From NCBI RefSeq assembly GCF_963921235.1, contig NC_086097.1, positions 79,858,001 to 79,922,000 of the forward strand: a stretch of DNA of 64,000 bases, given 5' to 3'. Positions 1-12,689 of this stretch are shown here, piece by piece (positions within the stretch are counted from its first letter, which is position 1; each line of letters begins with the position of its first letter). Below the pieces are notes generated by a model, which searched no databases, was not told where the DNA came from, and saw only the letters and a program-made list of their open reading frames with translations. The DNA is from Mobula hypostoma (lineage: Eukaryota). Position numbers and translations under genes: made by a program.

Positions 1-3000
1 AATTGATTATTTTTTCATTGATTCTCGTCTCATTCCTTCAGTGATTAAATGTGATTATGATTCTATAACCATTTCGGATCATGCTCCACTTAAGCTTTCT
101 ATTAAAATTATGGCCAATATATCAAACAATAGACAATGGCGTTTTAATTCGCTGTTGCTTCAGGACTCGGACTTTGTTAATTTTATGAATGAACAGATTG
201 AGCTTTTTTTTACAATTAACCATACAGAAGATATTTCGGTTAACACTCTTTGGGACACTTTTAAAGCCTATATTCGGGGTCAGATTATTTCGTATTCCGT
301 TGCTTTGAGGAAGAAACAGAAGCAGGAGGAGATGGTAATTGTGGACAAGATTAAAGAAATTGATAAGAAATATGTTATGGCTCCTTCTGAGGAGCTATAC
401 AAACAAAGAACTGAACTTCAAATGGAACACAGTTTACTACTCTCGTCCTCGATTGTAAACCAATTAAAGAAAACAAGAAGTGATTTTTATGTTCACAGTG
501 ATAAAATTGGCAAGCTGCTGGCTAATCAATTGAAATCTAATTATGTTAAATCTCAAATCAATCAGATTTATAACCAAAATGATCGATTGATATTGGATCA
601 TGTGGGGATTAATCAAACCTTTTGTGATTTTTATTCTTCTTTATACCAATCAGAGTCTCCTCGAGATTCTAAATATATGAATGATTTTTTAGATAAGTTA
701 GACTTCCCTCTGATTTCACAGGATATGTCTTCTTTATTAGATACTTCCATTACAATGGATGAGATTAAGAATGTTATTTTTTCTATGAATCTGGGGAAAG
801 CTCCTGGCCCTGATGGGTTTACCGTTGAATTTTATAAATGTTTTGCTTCTTTATTGATTCCTTGGCTCTATAAGGTTTTTGAGGCTTCTTTGAAACTTGG
901 TAAACTTCCGGAATCTTTTAATAGAGCATCAATTTCTTTAATACTAAAGAAGGATAAAGACCCTGCTCAATGTGCATCTTATAGACCAATATCTTTATTA
1001 AATGTTGATTCTAAAGTTTTTTCTAAGTTATTAGCAAATAGACTAGAAAAAGTACTTCCTTCTATTATTTCGGAAGACCAAACGGGTTTTATTAAAGGTC
1101 GTTACTCTTTTTATAATATTCGTACATTGTTAAATATCGTTTATACTCCCTCACAAAATGTTCCTGAGTGTGTTATTTCTTTAGATGCCGAGAAAGCTTT
1201 TGATAGAGTAGAATGGCCTTATTTATTTAAGGTGCTTGAAATGTTTAATTTTAGCTTGAAATTTATATCCTGGATTAAACTGTTATATTACTCCCCTGTA
1301 GCCTCGGTTCGTACTAACTTCTTAAACTCACCTTTTTTTCCTCTCTTTCGTGGTACTCGACAAGGCTGTCCTCTTAGTCCCCTATTATTTGATATTGCAT
1401 TAGAACCTCTTGCAATTGCTATTCGAGAATCTTTAAATATTACTGGGATAACTCGGGGATTAAAGTCCCATAAATTATCACTCTATGCTGATGATTTACT
1501 TTTATATATTTCTAATCCTGAGAGATCCATTCCTGCTGTTTTAGAGTTATTAGCACAATTTGGTCTTTTCTCAGGTTATAAATTAAATCTTAGTAAGAGT
1601 GAACTTTTTCCGATTAATAAACATCTTCCCTTATATTATAAATTTCCATTTAAATTGATTAATAATTACTTTTCATATCTTGGGATTAAAATTACTTGTA
1701 AACATAAAGATTTATTTAAGACTAACTTTTTACCATTAATAGACCATATTACTCAACTTTCATCTAAATGGTTTCCCTTATATTTAACTTTGATTGGTCG
1801 TATTAATGCAGTTAAGATGTTTTTTTTGCCAAAATTTTTATATGTGTTTCAGGCATTACCAATTTCCGTTCCTAAATCTTTTTTTGATAAAGTTGACTCT
1901 AAAATTTCTTCATTTATTTGGCAGAACAAGAATCCGAGACTGGGTAAAATACATTTACAGAAAGCTAAGAGAGATGGAGGTTTAGCATTACCTAACTTTA
2001 GATTTTATTATTGGGCTATTAATATTCGACATATGAAATTTTGGTTACTTGACCGGGACATACTATTTATTCCTAAATGGGTAGCATTGGAATTACAATC
2101 TGTTCAGGGTTATACACTTGGTTCTATTTTAGGTTCCTCTCTTCCTTTTGATTCGAAACGTCTTAAGCAGGTCTCTAACCCGATAGTTAAATATGCTTTG
2201 CGCATTTGGTTTCAATTCAGAAAATTTTTTGATCTTAATCAATTCGGGTTAGCGATTCCTATTTTAGGTAACATATTTTTTCCTCCCTCTTTTACGGATC
2301 GCGCTTTTCAAACTTGGAAGACTAAGGGTATTTTACGGTTTTTGGATTTATTTTTAGATGGTTCCCTTATGTCTTTTGAACAATTATCTAATAAATATAA
2401 CTTATCAAGAATACATTTTTTTAGATATTTACAAGTTAGAAATTTCCTAAGTACTATACTTACTTCCTTTCCAATGCTTCCTCCTATATATATTTTAGAT
2501 TCGATAATTAACCTTAATCCATGTCAGAAAGGTGCATCGGCTATGATTTATAATATTATTATGAAACTTAGGAAAGCTCCATTTGATAAGATTAGGGTAG
2601 ATTGGGAACAGGAATTGGGGCTTACCATTTCTGTGGATGATTGGGGGCAGATTTTACAATTAGTTAATACTTCCTCTATTTGTGCTAAACATTCCCTAAT
2701 TCAATTTAAAGTGGTTCATAGAGCACATATGTCCAAAGATAAGTTAGCGCGTTTTTACTCGCATATTAATCCTTTCTGTGATAGATGTTCGGGGCAGATA
2801 GCCTCTTTAACTCATATGTTTTGGTCTTGCCCTACTTTGGAAACTTTTTGGAGAGATATTTTCAATATTATTTCTAAGGTATTAAATATAGATATCTCTC
2901 CTCACCCTATTACTGCTATCTTTGGACTACCTAAAATTTCTAGTAATCTTTCCCCTTCAGCCCGTAGAATGATTGCATTTCTTACTTTAATGGCGAAAAG

Positions 3001-3530
3001 ATGTATTTTACAACATTGGAAAGAGCTTAATGCTCCAACTACCTTTTTTTGGTTTTCTCAGACGATTTTATGTTTGAATCTGGAGAAAATTAGAAGTAAC
3101 CTTTATGATTCTTCATTTAAATTTGAACAGATTTGGGGACCTTTTATTCGATATTTTCATTTAATGTAATATTTACCCTTCTTGTTTTCTCTTCACTGTT
3201 TTAATGGAGGTCGGGATTGAGGACGTGATTTTAAGTTTAACTCTGTTTGGTTTCAAGTTAGCCCATTGCTTTGCTTTGCTTTTAGTTAGTTGCACGGTGG
3301 GTTTTTTTTTTGGGGTTTTTTTTTTTCTTTTTTTCCATTGATATATATAAAATCTAGTATACTATTATGTTATCTTGGTTTCTTATGCTTAAATTACATT
3401 GTTTGTAGTATTTTCTTTTTGGTATTGTTATCTTTTGGAATTTTATTATACTTTAACATTGTATTAATGTTTATATGGCTTACCTTTTTTGTATACTTAC
3501 TCAATAAAAAGATTTAAAAAGAAAAAGAAA
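1..3530 (+). mobile_element. L1-clade LINE, 3' portion (runs off the window start), with 3' UTR and A-rich tail
   Basis: ORF2 ends at 3169, followed by a T-rich 3' UTR, AATAAA at ~3503 and an A-rich tail to 3530 that abuts the RTE-type element. Confidence 0.95.
2..3169 (+). CDS. L1 ORF2p (C-terminal end of APE endonuclease, reverse transcriptase, cysteine-rich domain); 5'-partial, uninterrupted
   Basis: Frame is open from base 2 (IDYFFID...SDHAP endonuclease motifs); KAPGPDG, YRPISLLN, DAEKAFD, QGCPLSPLLF, YADD, YLGI, C-terminal CDRC..H...C. Confidence 0.95.
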   Translation: MDYFFIDSRLIPSVIKCDYDSITISDHAPLKLSIKIMANISNNRQWRFNSLLLQDSDFVNFMNEQIELFFTINHTEDISVNTLWDTFKAYIRGQIISYSVALRKKQKQEEMVIVDKIKEIDKKYVMAPSEELYKQRTELQMEHSLLLSSSIVNQLKKTRSDFYVHSDKIGKLLANQLKSNYVKSQINQIYNQNDRLILDHVGINQTFCDFYSSLYQSESPRDSKYMNDFLDKLDFPLISQDMSSLLDTSITMDEIKNVIFSMNLGKAPGPDGFTVEFYKCFASLLIPWLYKVFEASLKLGKLPESFNRASISLILKKDKDPAQCASYRPISLLNVDSKVFSKLLANRLEKVLPSIISEDQTGFIKGRYSFYNIRTLLNIVYTPSQNVPECVISLDAEKAFDRVEWPYLFKVLEMFNFSLKFISWIKLLYYSPVASVRTNFLNSPFFPLFRGTRQGCPLSPLLFDIALEPLAIAIRESLNITGITRGLKSHKLSLYADDLLLYISNPERSIPAVLELLAQFGLFSGYKLNLSKSELFPINKHLPLYYKFPFKLINNYFSYLGIKITCKHKDLFKTNFLPLIDHITQLSSKWFPLYLTLIGRINAVKMFFLPKFLYVFQALPISVPKSFFDKVDSKISSFIWQNKNPRLGKIHLQKAKRDGGLALPNFRFYYWAINIRHMKFWLLDRDILFIPKWVALELQSVQGYTLGSILGSSLPFDSKRLKQVSNPIVKYALRIWFQFRKFFDLNQFGLAIPILGNIFFPPSFTDRAFQTWKTKGILRFLDLFLDGSLMSFEQLSNKYNLSRIHFFRYLQVRNFLSTILTSFPMLPPIYILDSIINLNPCQKGASAMIYNIIMKLRKAPFDKIRVDWEQELGLTISVDDWGQILQLVNTSSICAKHSLIQFKVVHRAHMSKDKLARFYSHINPFCDRCSGQIASLTHMFWSCPTLETFWRDIFNIISKVLNIDISPHPITAIFGLPKISSNLSPSARRMIAFLTLMAKRCILQHWKELNAPTTFFWFSQTILCLNLEKIRSNLYDSSFKFEQIWGPFIRYFHLM

Positions 3531-5215
3531 GACAGTTCCCTGCTAGTTGCAGTCTTCTTGCCTCGATTTTAGTGGTGAGCATCCATAGGTCGTCACAGAG
3601 CTCGATGTTCGTCATGTGCTGTTACCAACTCACGTCAAGAACCATCCGGAGCATTCGTGTACAGCAACCATCTAGAGACTTTCACATAGCCTTGGCGAAT
3701 GTCCACGTCTCGCATCCGTACGTGAGAATAGACTCTATGACTGCTATGAAAATCCTCTTTTTAAGCCCTCTGGTCAGGTTCAACTTCAAGATTTCCTTCA
3801 TGTCGTTCACAGCCCTCCACGCCAGTGCCTTCCGTATGTTTATGTCCTCCTCCGAACTCATCATTCTTGACCCAAGGTACTTGTAGTCAAAGACTTTCTT
3901 AATGGTATCAGTCTTCACGGTCTTGAGAGTACCCTTGTCACAGTTAAATGCCATGTACTCTGTCTTTTTAGCGTTTAGATGAAGTTCAACTTTATTGCAC
4001 TCAATTTCGACTTTTGTCAGCAGCTGCTGTGCTTCCTCCATCTGGTCAGAGAGCAGGACTATGTCATCTGCAAAATCGAGATCTGTGAACATAACTGGTC
4101 TGACCCTTTTGGTTCGTTCTGGTTTTATGGTAAAACCAAGCTTGTCATGATCTTTGGTAGCTTGACGTAGTGCGTAATCAAGAACGATTATAAAGATGTA
4201 GAGTGCCAGAGTGTCTCCTTGCAGCACACCCACCAGCTAGGTGCTCGAACACTGCTGATTCTCCGTCTGGTGATACAACTTTCGCCATGGTTTTGGTATA
4301 ACTGGACTCTATTGCTCTCAGTAGATGGTCTGGCACTCCGTAAGCTTTCAGGATCTTCAGCATTTTACCTTGGTGAATGGAGTCAAAGCTTTGCAAAATT
4401 CAATGTAAGTAAGCATGGCTGGTAGGTTGTTCTTGACTTCCTCAATGATCTTATGTACAGCAAGTATTTGCATTACTGTTGTGTGCTTCTGCTGAAAACG
4501 ATTCTGATTGAATCTTAGCTTAGGGTCAATGGCGCTGTGAATCCTGTTCAAGATCATCCGATTGTATAGCTTTGCTAAGATGCAGGTCAAGCTGATACCG
4601 TAGTAGTTATCTGTCTTCGTGAGGGATCCAGACTTGGGGACTGGGATAATGTTTGAGAGTGACCACTGTTCTGGTTTGTCGCCTTTCATCAGTGCCGTAT
4701 TACATCTGTCCAGCAAGATGTTGTCCAGGTCGCAGTTCTTCAGGACATCTGGTGGTATCCCATCTGGTCCAGCGCTCTTGCCCTGTCTGAGTGCATATTT
4801 GGCCTTCTTCAGTTCCTCAATGGTGAATGGGCCGTCATCAATGTCAACTTGCGTTAGTATCGTGGGTAAGTCCTCTTTTTCTTCTGTCATCGTTGGAGGG
4901 CTTCCCAGCAGGTTCTTAAAGTGGGTAAACCATGTCTGGACACGGTCCTCTGCTGGTTTTACCACTTATTTGACCTTATGGGGATTTCTTCCATCTGCTG
5001 ATCTCGTTGACTAGGTGCCATGCTTCTCCATGCTGCTTGTCTTCATTAGCAGCCTCTACCTCTCTAATCCTCACAGCTAGTTCCTCTTCCTTCTTCGGTC
5101 GTAGGTGGCAAAGAGATTCTTCTTTGCTGTCTTGAACTTGTCTCTTAGCTCTTCTGTTTTGCTCCTAAATTCGACATGACAAGCACTGACCACGCTTCTT
5201 GCTGCGACGACATTA
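3531..5215 (-). mobile_element. RTE/RTE-X-like LINE fragment, frameshifted RT
   Basis: ORFs 4357-4965, 4178-4396 and 3682-4233 give GPDGIP, GVLQGDTLA, DFADD, YKYLGS, YGCETW. Confidence 0.8.
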
Positions 5216-6480
5216 CATCTCCATCTAAATGTGCAATCACAGTAATGTATAATAATTTATAATAAATAGAACAGTCAATGTAACATAGAAATACACTCAA
5301 ATCAGTGTGAGTTAATCAGTCTGATGGCCTGGTGGAGGGAGCTGTCCCGGAGCATGTTGGTCCTGGCTTTTATGCTGTGGTACCATTTCCTGGATGGTAG
5401 CAGCTGGAATAGATTGTGGTTAGGGTAACTTGGTTCCCCAATGATCCTTCGGGTTCTTTTTTCACACCTGTCTTTGTAGATGTCCTGAATCATCGGAAGT
5501 TCACAACTACAGATGTGCTGGGCTATCTGCACCACTCTCTGCAGAATCCTGCGATTAAGGGAGGTACAGTTCCCATACCAGGCAGTGATGCAGCCAGTCA
5601 GGATGCTCTCAATTGTGCCTCTGTAGAAAGTTCTTAGGATTTGAGGGCCCATGCCAAACTTCCTCAACTGTCTGAGATGAAAGAGGCACTGTTCTGCCTT
5701 TTTAACCACACAGATGTGTGTCCAGACCACGCGAGGTCTTTGGTGATGTGAATGCCCAGGAAGTTAAAGCTGTTTACCCTCTCAATCCCAGATCCGTTGA
5801 TGTCAATAGGGGTTAGACCGTCTCCATTCCTCCTGTAATCCACAACCAGCTCCTTTGTTTTTGCGACATTGCTTGTCTTCCTGACACGACTGTGTCAGAG
5901 AGATGACTTCTTCCCTGTAGGCCACCTGGTTATTGTTGAGATTAGACCAATCAATGTAATGTTGTCGGCAAATTTAATTAGCAGATTAGAGCTGTGGTAT
6001 ACACAGTCTGGGTATACAGGAAGTAAAGGAGGGGACATAGTACACAGCCCTGAGAGGCTCCTGTATTGAGAGTCAGAGGGGTGGAGGTGAGAGAGCCCAC
6101 TCTTACCACCTGCCAGCGATCTGACAGGAAGTCCAGTATCCAGCTGCACAAGGCAGGGTCAAGGCCGAGTTCTCTGAGCTTCCTGTCGAGCCTGGATGGA
6201 ATTATGGTGTTGAATGCTGAACTGTAGTCCAGGAACAGCATTCTCACATAAGCATCCTTCTTCTCCAGATGTGTAAAGACAGTATGTACAGCAGTGGCTA
6301 TTGTGTCGTCTGCCGATAGGTTGTGTTGGTAGGCGGATTGTAGGGGGTCCAGTTTGTGTGGTAGCCTGCTGCAGATGTAGTCCTTGACCAGCTTCCCAAA
6401 GTATTTGCTTATTATTGTGGTGAGTGCGACAGGATGCCAGTCATTCAGGCATGTTACCTTGGTTATTTTGGTATAGGTAC
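5216..6480 (-). mobile_element. Rex1/Babar-type LINE, 3' fragment
   Basis: CLNDWHPVALT, LDPLQSAY, YVRMLFLDYSSAFNTI, IKFADN, GTIESILTGCITAWYGNC. Confidence 0.85.
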
Positions 6481-9400
6481 AAGAGGAGTGTGATAAGAGA
6501 GAACAATGGACCATTGAAGAAAGGAGGAGGGGCACCAGAGGAAGGTTATGGGCAGGAGATAGAAGGGATAAAAGGGGAACCAGAATGGGGAATGGAAAAA
6601 GAGAGAAGGGGAAGGGGGAAAGGAGAAATTACCAGGTTAGAGAAATAGATGTTCATGTTAGCAAATTAGAGGCAACCGAGATGGAATATGAGGTGCTGCT
6701 CCTCCATCCTAAGTTTGGCCACTTCAAGGTAATAGAGGAGGCCGTGGACTGACATGTTAGAATGGGAAGTTCAATTGAAATTGGTGGCCACTGGGAATTA
6801 CCACCTTTTGTGGCAGATAGAGCGAAGGTCCTGCAATCTACATTGGATCTCAATGATATAAAGGAGTTTGCACAAAGAGCAGTGGATACAGCAGATGACC
6901 TCGACCGACTCACGGGTGAAATGTGGGAAAGTGAAGCATAATAAAGGGTGTAAAGGTAGGAAAGTAGAAGGGCTAAAGTGCGTGTACTTCAATGCAAGAA
7001 GCATCAGGAACAAAGGTGATGAACTGAGAGCTTGGATACATACATGGAATTATGATGTAGTGGCCATTACAGTGACTTAGCTGGCGCTAGGGCAGGAATA
7101 GATTTTCAATATTCCTGGATTTCAGTGCTTTAAAAGGGATGGGGGGGGGTAAAGGGGAGGAGGGGTGGCATTACTGGTTAGGGATACTATTAGAGCTACA
7201 GAAAAGGTGGGTATTGCAGCAAGATCCTCTTTTGAGTCAGTATGGGTGGAAGTCAGGAACAGGAAGGGAGCAGTTACTCTATTGGGGGTATACTATAGGC
7301 CCCTGGAAGCAGCAGAGATACCGAGGAGCAGATTGGGAGGCAGATTTTGGAAGGGTGCAAAAATAACAGGGTTGTTATCATGGGTGACTTTAACTTCCCC
7401 AATATTGATTGATTCCAAGGGACTGGATGGGGCAGAGTTTGTTGAGTGTATCCAGGTCAGTTTCTTGTCACAGTATGTTGACAGGCCGACGCAGGGGAAT
7501 GCCATACTAGATCTAGTATTAGGTAACGAACCAGGTCAGGTCACAGATCTATCAGTGGGTGAGCACCTGGGGGACAGTGACCACCACCCCCTGGCCTTCA
7601 GCATTATCATGAAAAAGGATAGAATCAGAGAGGACAGGAAAATTTTTAATTGGGGAAGGGCAAATTATGAGGTTATAAGGCTAGAACTTGCAGGTGTGAA
7701 TTGGGATGATGTTTTTGCAGGGAAATGTACTATGGACATGTGGTCGATGTTTAGAGATCTCTTGCAGGGTGTTAGGGATAAATTTGTCCCAGTGAGGAAG
7801 ATAAAGAATGGTAGGGTGAAGGAATCATGGGTGACAAGTGAGGTGGAGAATCTAGTCAGGTGGAAGAAGGCAGCATACATGAGATTTAGGAAGCAAGGAT
7901 GAGATGGGTCTATTGAGGAATATAGGGTAGCAAGAAAGAAGCTTAAGAAGGGGCTGAGGAGAGCAAGAAGGAGGCATGAGAAGGCCTTGGCGAGTAGGGT
8001 AAAGGAAAACCCCAAGGCATTCTTCAATTATATGAAGAACAAAAGGATGACAGGAGTGAAGGTAGGACCGATTAGAGATAAAGGTGGGTAGATGTGCCTG
8101 GAGGCTGTGGAAGTGAGTGAGGTCCTCAATGAATACTTCTCTCTGTATTCACTAATGAGAGGGAACTTGATGACAGTGAGGACAATATGAGTGAGGTTGA
8201 TGGTCTGGAGCATGTTGGAGTTGTTAAAATACATTAAGATAGATAAGTCCCTGGGGCCTGATGGAACATTCCCCAGGCTGCTCCACGAGGCGAGGGAAGA
8301 GATTGCTGAGCCTCTGGCTAGGATCTTTATGGCCTCGTTGTCCACGGGAATGGTACCGGAGGATTGGAGGGAGGCGAATGTTGTCCTCTTGTTCAAAAAA
8401 GGTAGTAAGGATAGTCTGGGTAATTATAGACCAGTGAGCCTTATGTCTCTGGTGGGAAAGCTGTTGAAAAAGATTCTTAGAGATAGGATCTATGGGCATT
8501 TAGAGAATCATGGTCTGATCAGGGACTGTCAGCATGGCTTTGTGAAGGGCAGATCATGTCTAACAAGCCTGACAGAGTTCTTTGAGGAGGTGACCAGGCA
8601 TAGAGATGAAGGTAATGCAGTGGACGTGATCTGTATGGATTTTAATAAGGCATTTGACAAGGTTCCACACGGTAGGCTTATTCAGAAAGTCAGAAGGCAT
8701 GGGATCCAGGGAAGTTTGGCCAGGTGGGTTCAGAATTGGCTTGCCTGCAGAAGGCAGGGGGTTGTGGTGGAGGGAGTACATTCGGATTGGAGGGTTGTGA
8801 CTAGTGGTGTCCCACAAGGATCAGTTCTGGGACCTCTACTTTTCACAATTTTTATTAACAACCTGGATTTAGGGGTAGAAGGGTGGGTTGGCAAGTTTGC
8901 AGACGACACAAAGGTTGGTGGTGTTGTAGATAGTGTAGAGGATTGTCAAAGATTGCAGAGAGACATTGATAGGTTGCAGAAGTGGGCTGAAAAGTGGCAG
9001 ATGGAGTTCAACCCGGAGAAGTGTGAGGTAGTACACTTTGGAAGGACAAACTCCAAGGCAGAGTACAAAGTAAATGGCAGGATACTTGGTAGTGTGGAGG
9101 AGCACAGGGACCTGGGGGTACATGTCCACAGATTCCTGAAAGTTGCCTCACAGGTAGATAGGGTAGTTAAGAAAGCTTATGGGGTTTTAGCTTTCATAAG
9201 TCGAGGGATAGAGTTTAAGAGTCATGAGGTAATGATGCAGCTCTATAAAACTTGGTTAGGCCACACTTTGAGTACTGTGTCCAGCTCTGGTCGCCTCACT
9301 ATAGGAAGGATGTGGAAGCATTGGAAAGGGTACAGAGGAGATTTACCAGGATGCTGCCTGGTTTAGAGAGTATGCATTATGATCAGAGATTAAGGGAGTT

Positions 9401-10280
9401 AGGGCTTTACTCTCTGGAGAGGAGGAGGATGAGAGGAGACATGATAGAGGTATACAAGATAATAAGAGGAAATAGATAGAGTGGATAGCCAGTGCCTCTT
9501 CCCCAGGGCACCACTGCTCAATACAAGGGGACATGGCTTTAGGGTAAGGGGTGGGAAGTTCAAGGGGGATATTAGAGGAAGGTTTCTTACTTAGAGAGTG
9601 GTTGGTGCGTGGGATGCACTGCCTGAGACAGTGGTGCAGGCAGGTACACTAGTGAAATTTAAGAGGCTACTAGACAGGTATATGGAGGAATTTAAGGTGG
9701 GGGAGGTTATATGGGAGGCAGGGTTTGAGGGTCGGCATAACAGTGTGGGCCGAAGGGCCTGTACTGTGCTTACTTTTCTATGTTCTAAGTTCTCACCTGG
9801 AAGGCCTGTTTGGTGCCTTCAAAGGTGGTGAGGGAGTAGATATAGCACTTGTCACATTTTGAGGGATATATGCCAGGAGAGAAGATCAGTTGGGAGAGAT
9901 GAGTGGGAAGGGATTCACGTAAAGCGTGGAAAATGGAGAGGGTTGAAGAGCAAGATGTTCTCAGTAGTAGGATCACTAAGGAGAATGATATGCTGGATAT
10001 AAAGATTCGTGGGGTGGTAGGTAAGGACAAGGGAAACCCTACCCCTCTTACTACGGTGGGCGGATGAGGTGAGGGCAAATGTATGGAAAATGGAGGAAAT
10101 GTGTGTGTGGGCAGCATTAGTGGTGGTGGAATGGAAACCCCATTCCTTGAAGGAGGAGGGCATCGCAGATGTTCCAGAATGGAAAGGCTCATCTTGAAAA
10201 CAGACGTGGTGGAGACAAAGGAATTATGAAAGGAAATAGCATTTTTACAAGTGATAGGGTAGGAAAAGGTATAGTATACC
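6481..10280 (-). mobile_element. Degenerate Penelope-like element (GIY-YIG region) split by a CR1 insertion; pieces ~6481-6925 and ~9792-10280
   Basis: Homologous to the PLEs at 22182-22917 and 38605-39665; ...CACGGGTGAAATGTG (6925) resumes as CTCACCTGGAAGG (9792), sequences that are contiguous in the other copies. Confidence 0.8.
6926..9793 (+). mobile_element. CR1 LINE, 5'-truncated, disabled ORF2 (EN+RT)
   Basis: YFNARSI, LDLVL, SDH, YRPVSL, GVPQGSVLGPLLF, FADD; tail TTCTATGTTCTAAGTTCT; internal stops and frameshifts. Confidence 0.95.
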
Positions 10281-10690
10281 TCCTCCATACCCTCTGTCTA
10301 CACTTCCTGCTGTCTCAGAAAAACAGCTAACATAATCAAAGATCCCAAGCACCTGGGCATTCTCTCTTTGCCTCCCTCCTCACCCAAATGGACAAAAATA
10401 AATAGGACTGAAAACACACACCATTATGCACAAAGAGAGCTTCTATCCTACCTACGTATTATTAACCAGTGCCCTGGTATGATAATTTGGACACTTGACC
10501 TCAAAATTTACCTCACTATGGCCTTGCACCTTATTGAATGCCTGTACTGCACTTTCTCTGTAACTGTAACATTTTATTCTTTATTTCCCTTGTACTATTT
10601 TGATGCATTGTTGTAATGAAATGATGTACATGGATGGCATACAAAATAATTTTTCACTATAACTTAGTACATGTGGCAATAACAAGGAAA
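10281..10690 (+). mobile_element. Old Rex1-like LINE 3' end
   Basis: Degenerate ANIIKDP.HPG-type coding similar to the reverse strand of 15120-15370, followed by a typical 3' UTR. Confidence 0.5.
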
Positions 10691-11008
10691 TTTACTTGTT
10701 CCACCTCAGCTGCACAGTCTGAAAAGTTATGTATTTATGCTCATTAGTAGAAAAACTGCATTGGCATGTTCAACTAGTCTCCAATTGAAATAATTTGCTC
10801 ATATGTATGAGGCTCAGGAATGTGCACAGGTACTCACTGAAGGAGGCCATTTGACATTCTGAATCTATGGCAGCTCCCAAAACAATCCTAAAAATCATTT
10901 TTCCCTCTTATTGCCCTGTACTCTCTCTCATTCACTAATCAACTCCTTACCATAACCACATTCCACCCCCCCCCACCCCATTCTCCAACCCATTCACCTA
11001 TACGAAGA

Positions 11009-11232
11009 CAACAGGAATTCTGCAGATGCTGGAAATTCAGGCAACACACATCAACGTTGCTGGTGAACGCAGCAGGCCAGGCAGCATCTCTAGGAAGAGG
11101 TACAGTCGACGTATCGGGCCGAGACCCTTCATCAGGACTAACCTGACGAAGGGTCTCGGCCCGAAACGTCGACTGTACCTCTTCCTAGAGATGCTGCCTG
11201 GCCTGCTGCGTTCACCAGCAACTTTGTGTGTT
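11009..11232. mobile_element. ORF-less fold-back Penelope-terminus element with hammerhead motifs
   Basis: ~90 bp inverted arms (11043-11136 and 11142-11232), 5-nt apex, one-sided 34-nt tail; 13-bp TSD ACCTATACGAAGA at 10996-11008 and 11233-11245. Confidence 0.9.
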
Positions 11233-11245
11233 ACCTATACGAAGA

Positions 11246-11420
11246 GCAATTTACATTAACCAATTAAGTTACAAACATGTTTTTACAATGTAAGATAAAA
11301 CTGAGCATCCAGCACAAACCTATACAATCACAGGGAGATTTTTGCAAAGTATGCACAGACAGCATTGGAGGTCTGGATTGACCCTGGATTGCTGGAGCTC
11401 AGTGACAAAAATAACTGGTG
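11246..11420 (-). mobile_element. Degenerate tRNA-derived SINE (V-SINE/HE1-like) hosting the fold-back element
   Basis: Reverse-strand similarity to the SINE core at 28767-29025 and 53693-53975. Confidence 0.5.
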
Positions 11421-12689
11421 TGCCACTGTGTCAGTCCTCTCCACCTCTATCCCCTCTGCAAATTAAAACACTTAATATCTCACTTTTCCAGATCTGATGA
11501 AGGGTAGATGAAATGAAACTGTTCTCCACTCCACAAATAATGGCCCAACATGTTGACATCACCATTATTTCCTATTTCTATCTTGATTCAGCAACTGCAA
11601 TTTCTTTTCTTTGTGAACTTTTATCCAGTCACCCAATGCAAATTTCAACTTATGCTGTGTGCTTACCCTTCCACTATGGAGGGAAAGGTGAGCTGAATCT
11701 GAAACACTTTTCATCAATAAAATAAGTTGCTTTATGTCTGCAAGATTTTAGAAATCTATCAAAATTAGTTACCAAAAATTAAACAAAATGTGAAAATTTT
11801 TATATTTCATAAAATTCCAAGTGGATGGGAAGCAACAACCATTGCTGCAAAAATAATTATTTCTGAGTAATTACAAAAATATTTATAGAGATAGATTACT
11901 TTCAATATATACACAAAAGCTATGAACTTATATTAAATCCAAGAGGAGTTAATAATATTGGAGAACTAAACAGTTTAATCTTAAACAAATAACCAAGCTG
12001 AATTTTGAAGTATTGTCTTCATGGAAAAAGATTCCTGTTATATACCTCACAACTGCAAAGCACTGAATAGCACTTGCACAACAAAAAGAAATGCTTATCT
12101 AAAGTGACAAGCATCATATATAGATTAACTCTCCAGCACTGAAAATTAAATATTTTACATTCAAAATTTCATTCCATTGAATTTAAACTCTTGCACTCAC
12201 ATTTATAAAATGTGCTTGTTTCAAAATAATTTTACCTTTTTTTTTCTTTTGCAATTTAATCTCACTTTGTCCTTCTGTATTGGATTTGACATTGAATTCA
12301 CTAGTCTAGTTTATTCATTCTACTTAGTCCTTCCACGATTAATAACTTAGAAACTGGATTACATAGAAAAAGTGGTCTTTCTGCATGATTTATGGAGCCC
12401 ATGAATTTTTGATCTGACAGTTCTTGGTACAGTTCATACCAGCATAGATCAGACATTTGACTTTCTGGAGACACACACTAAATGTTGTAATACTTATTTG
12501 AAGTGTCTGCAGCTAAAATTGGGTTTCTTTTTGTTAGAAACATTGTTGGCCACTCACACCTAACCATATTTTCATAATGTTCACTGTAGCTGCATGGTTT
12601 AAAAAGTTAATGCTTGTTTGTTTTGCTAGTTCAAGGATGCCTGAAGTCTTGGGAAGCTACTACGTGCTGCTAGAGCAACTTTGGATTAA

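Noticed and set aside
7665..8817. Antisense ORFs across CR1, Rex and PLE elements
   Set aside because: Shadow frames of TE coding sequence; useful only as evidence of the inverted near-identity
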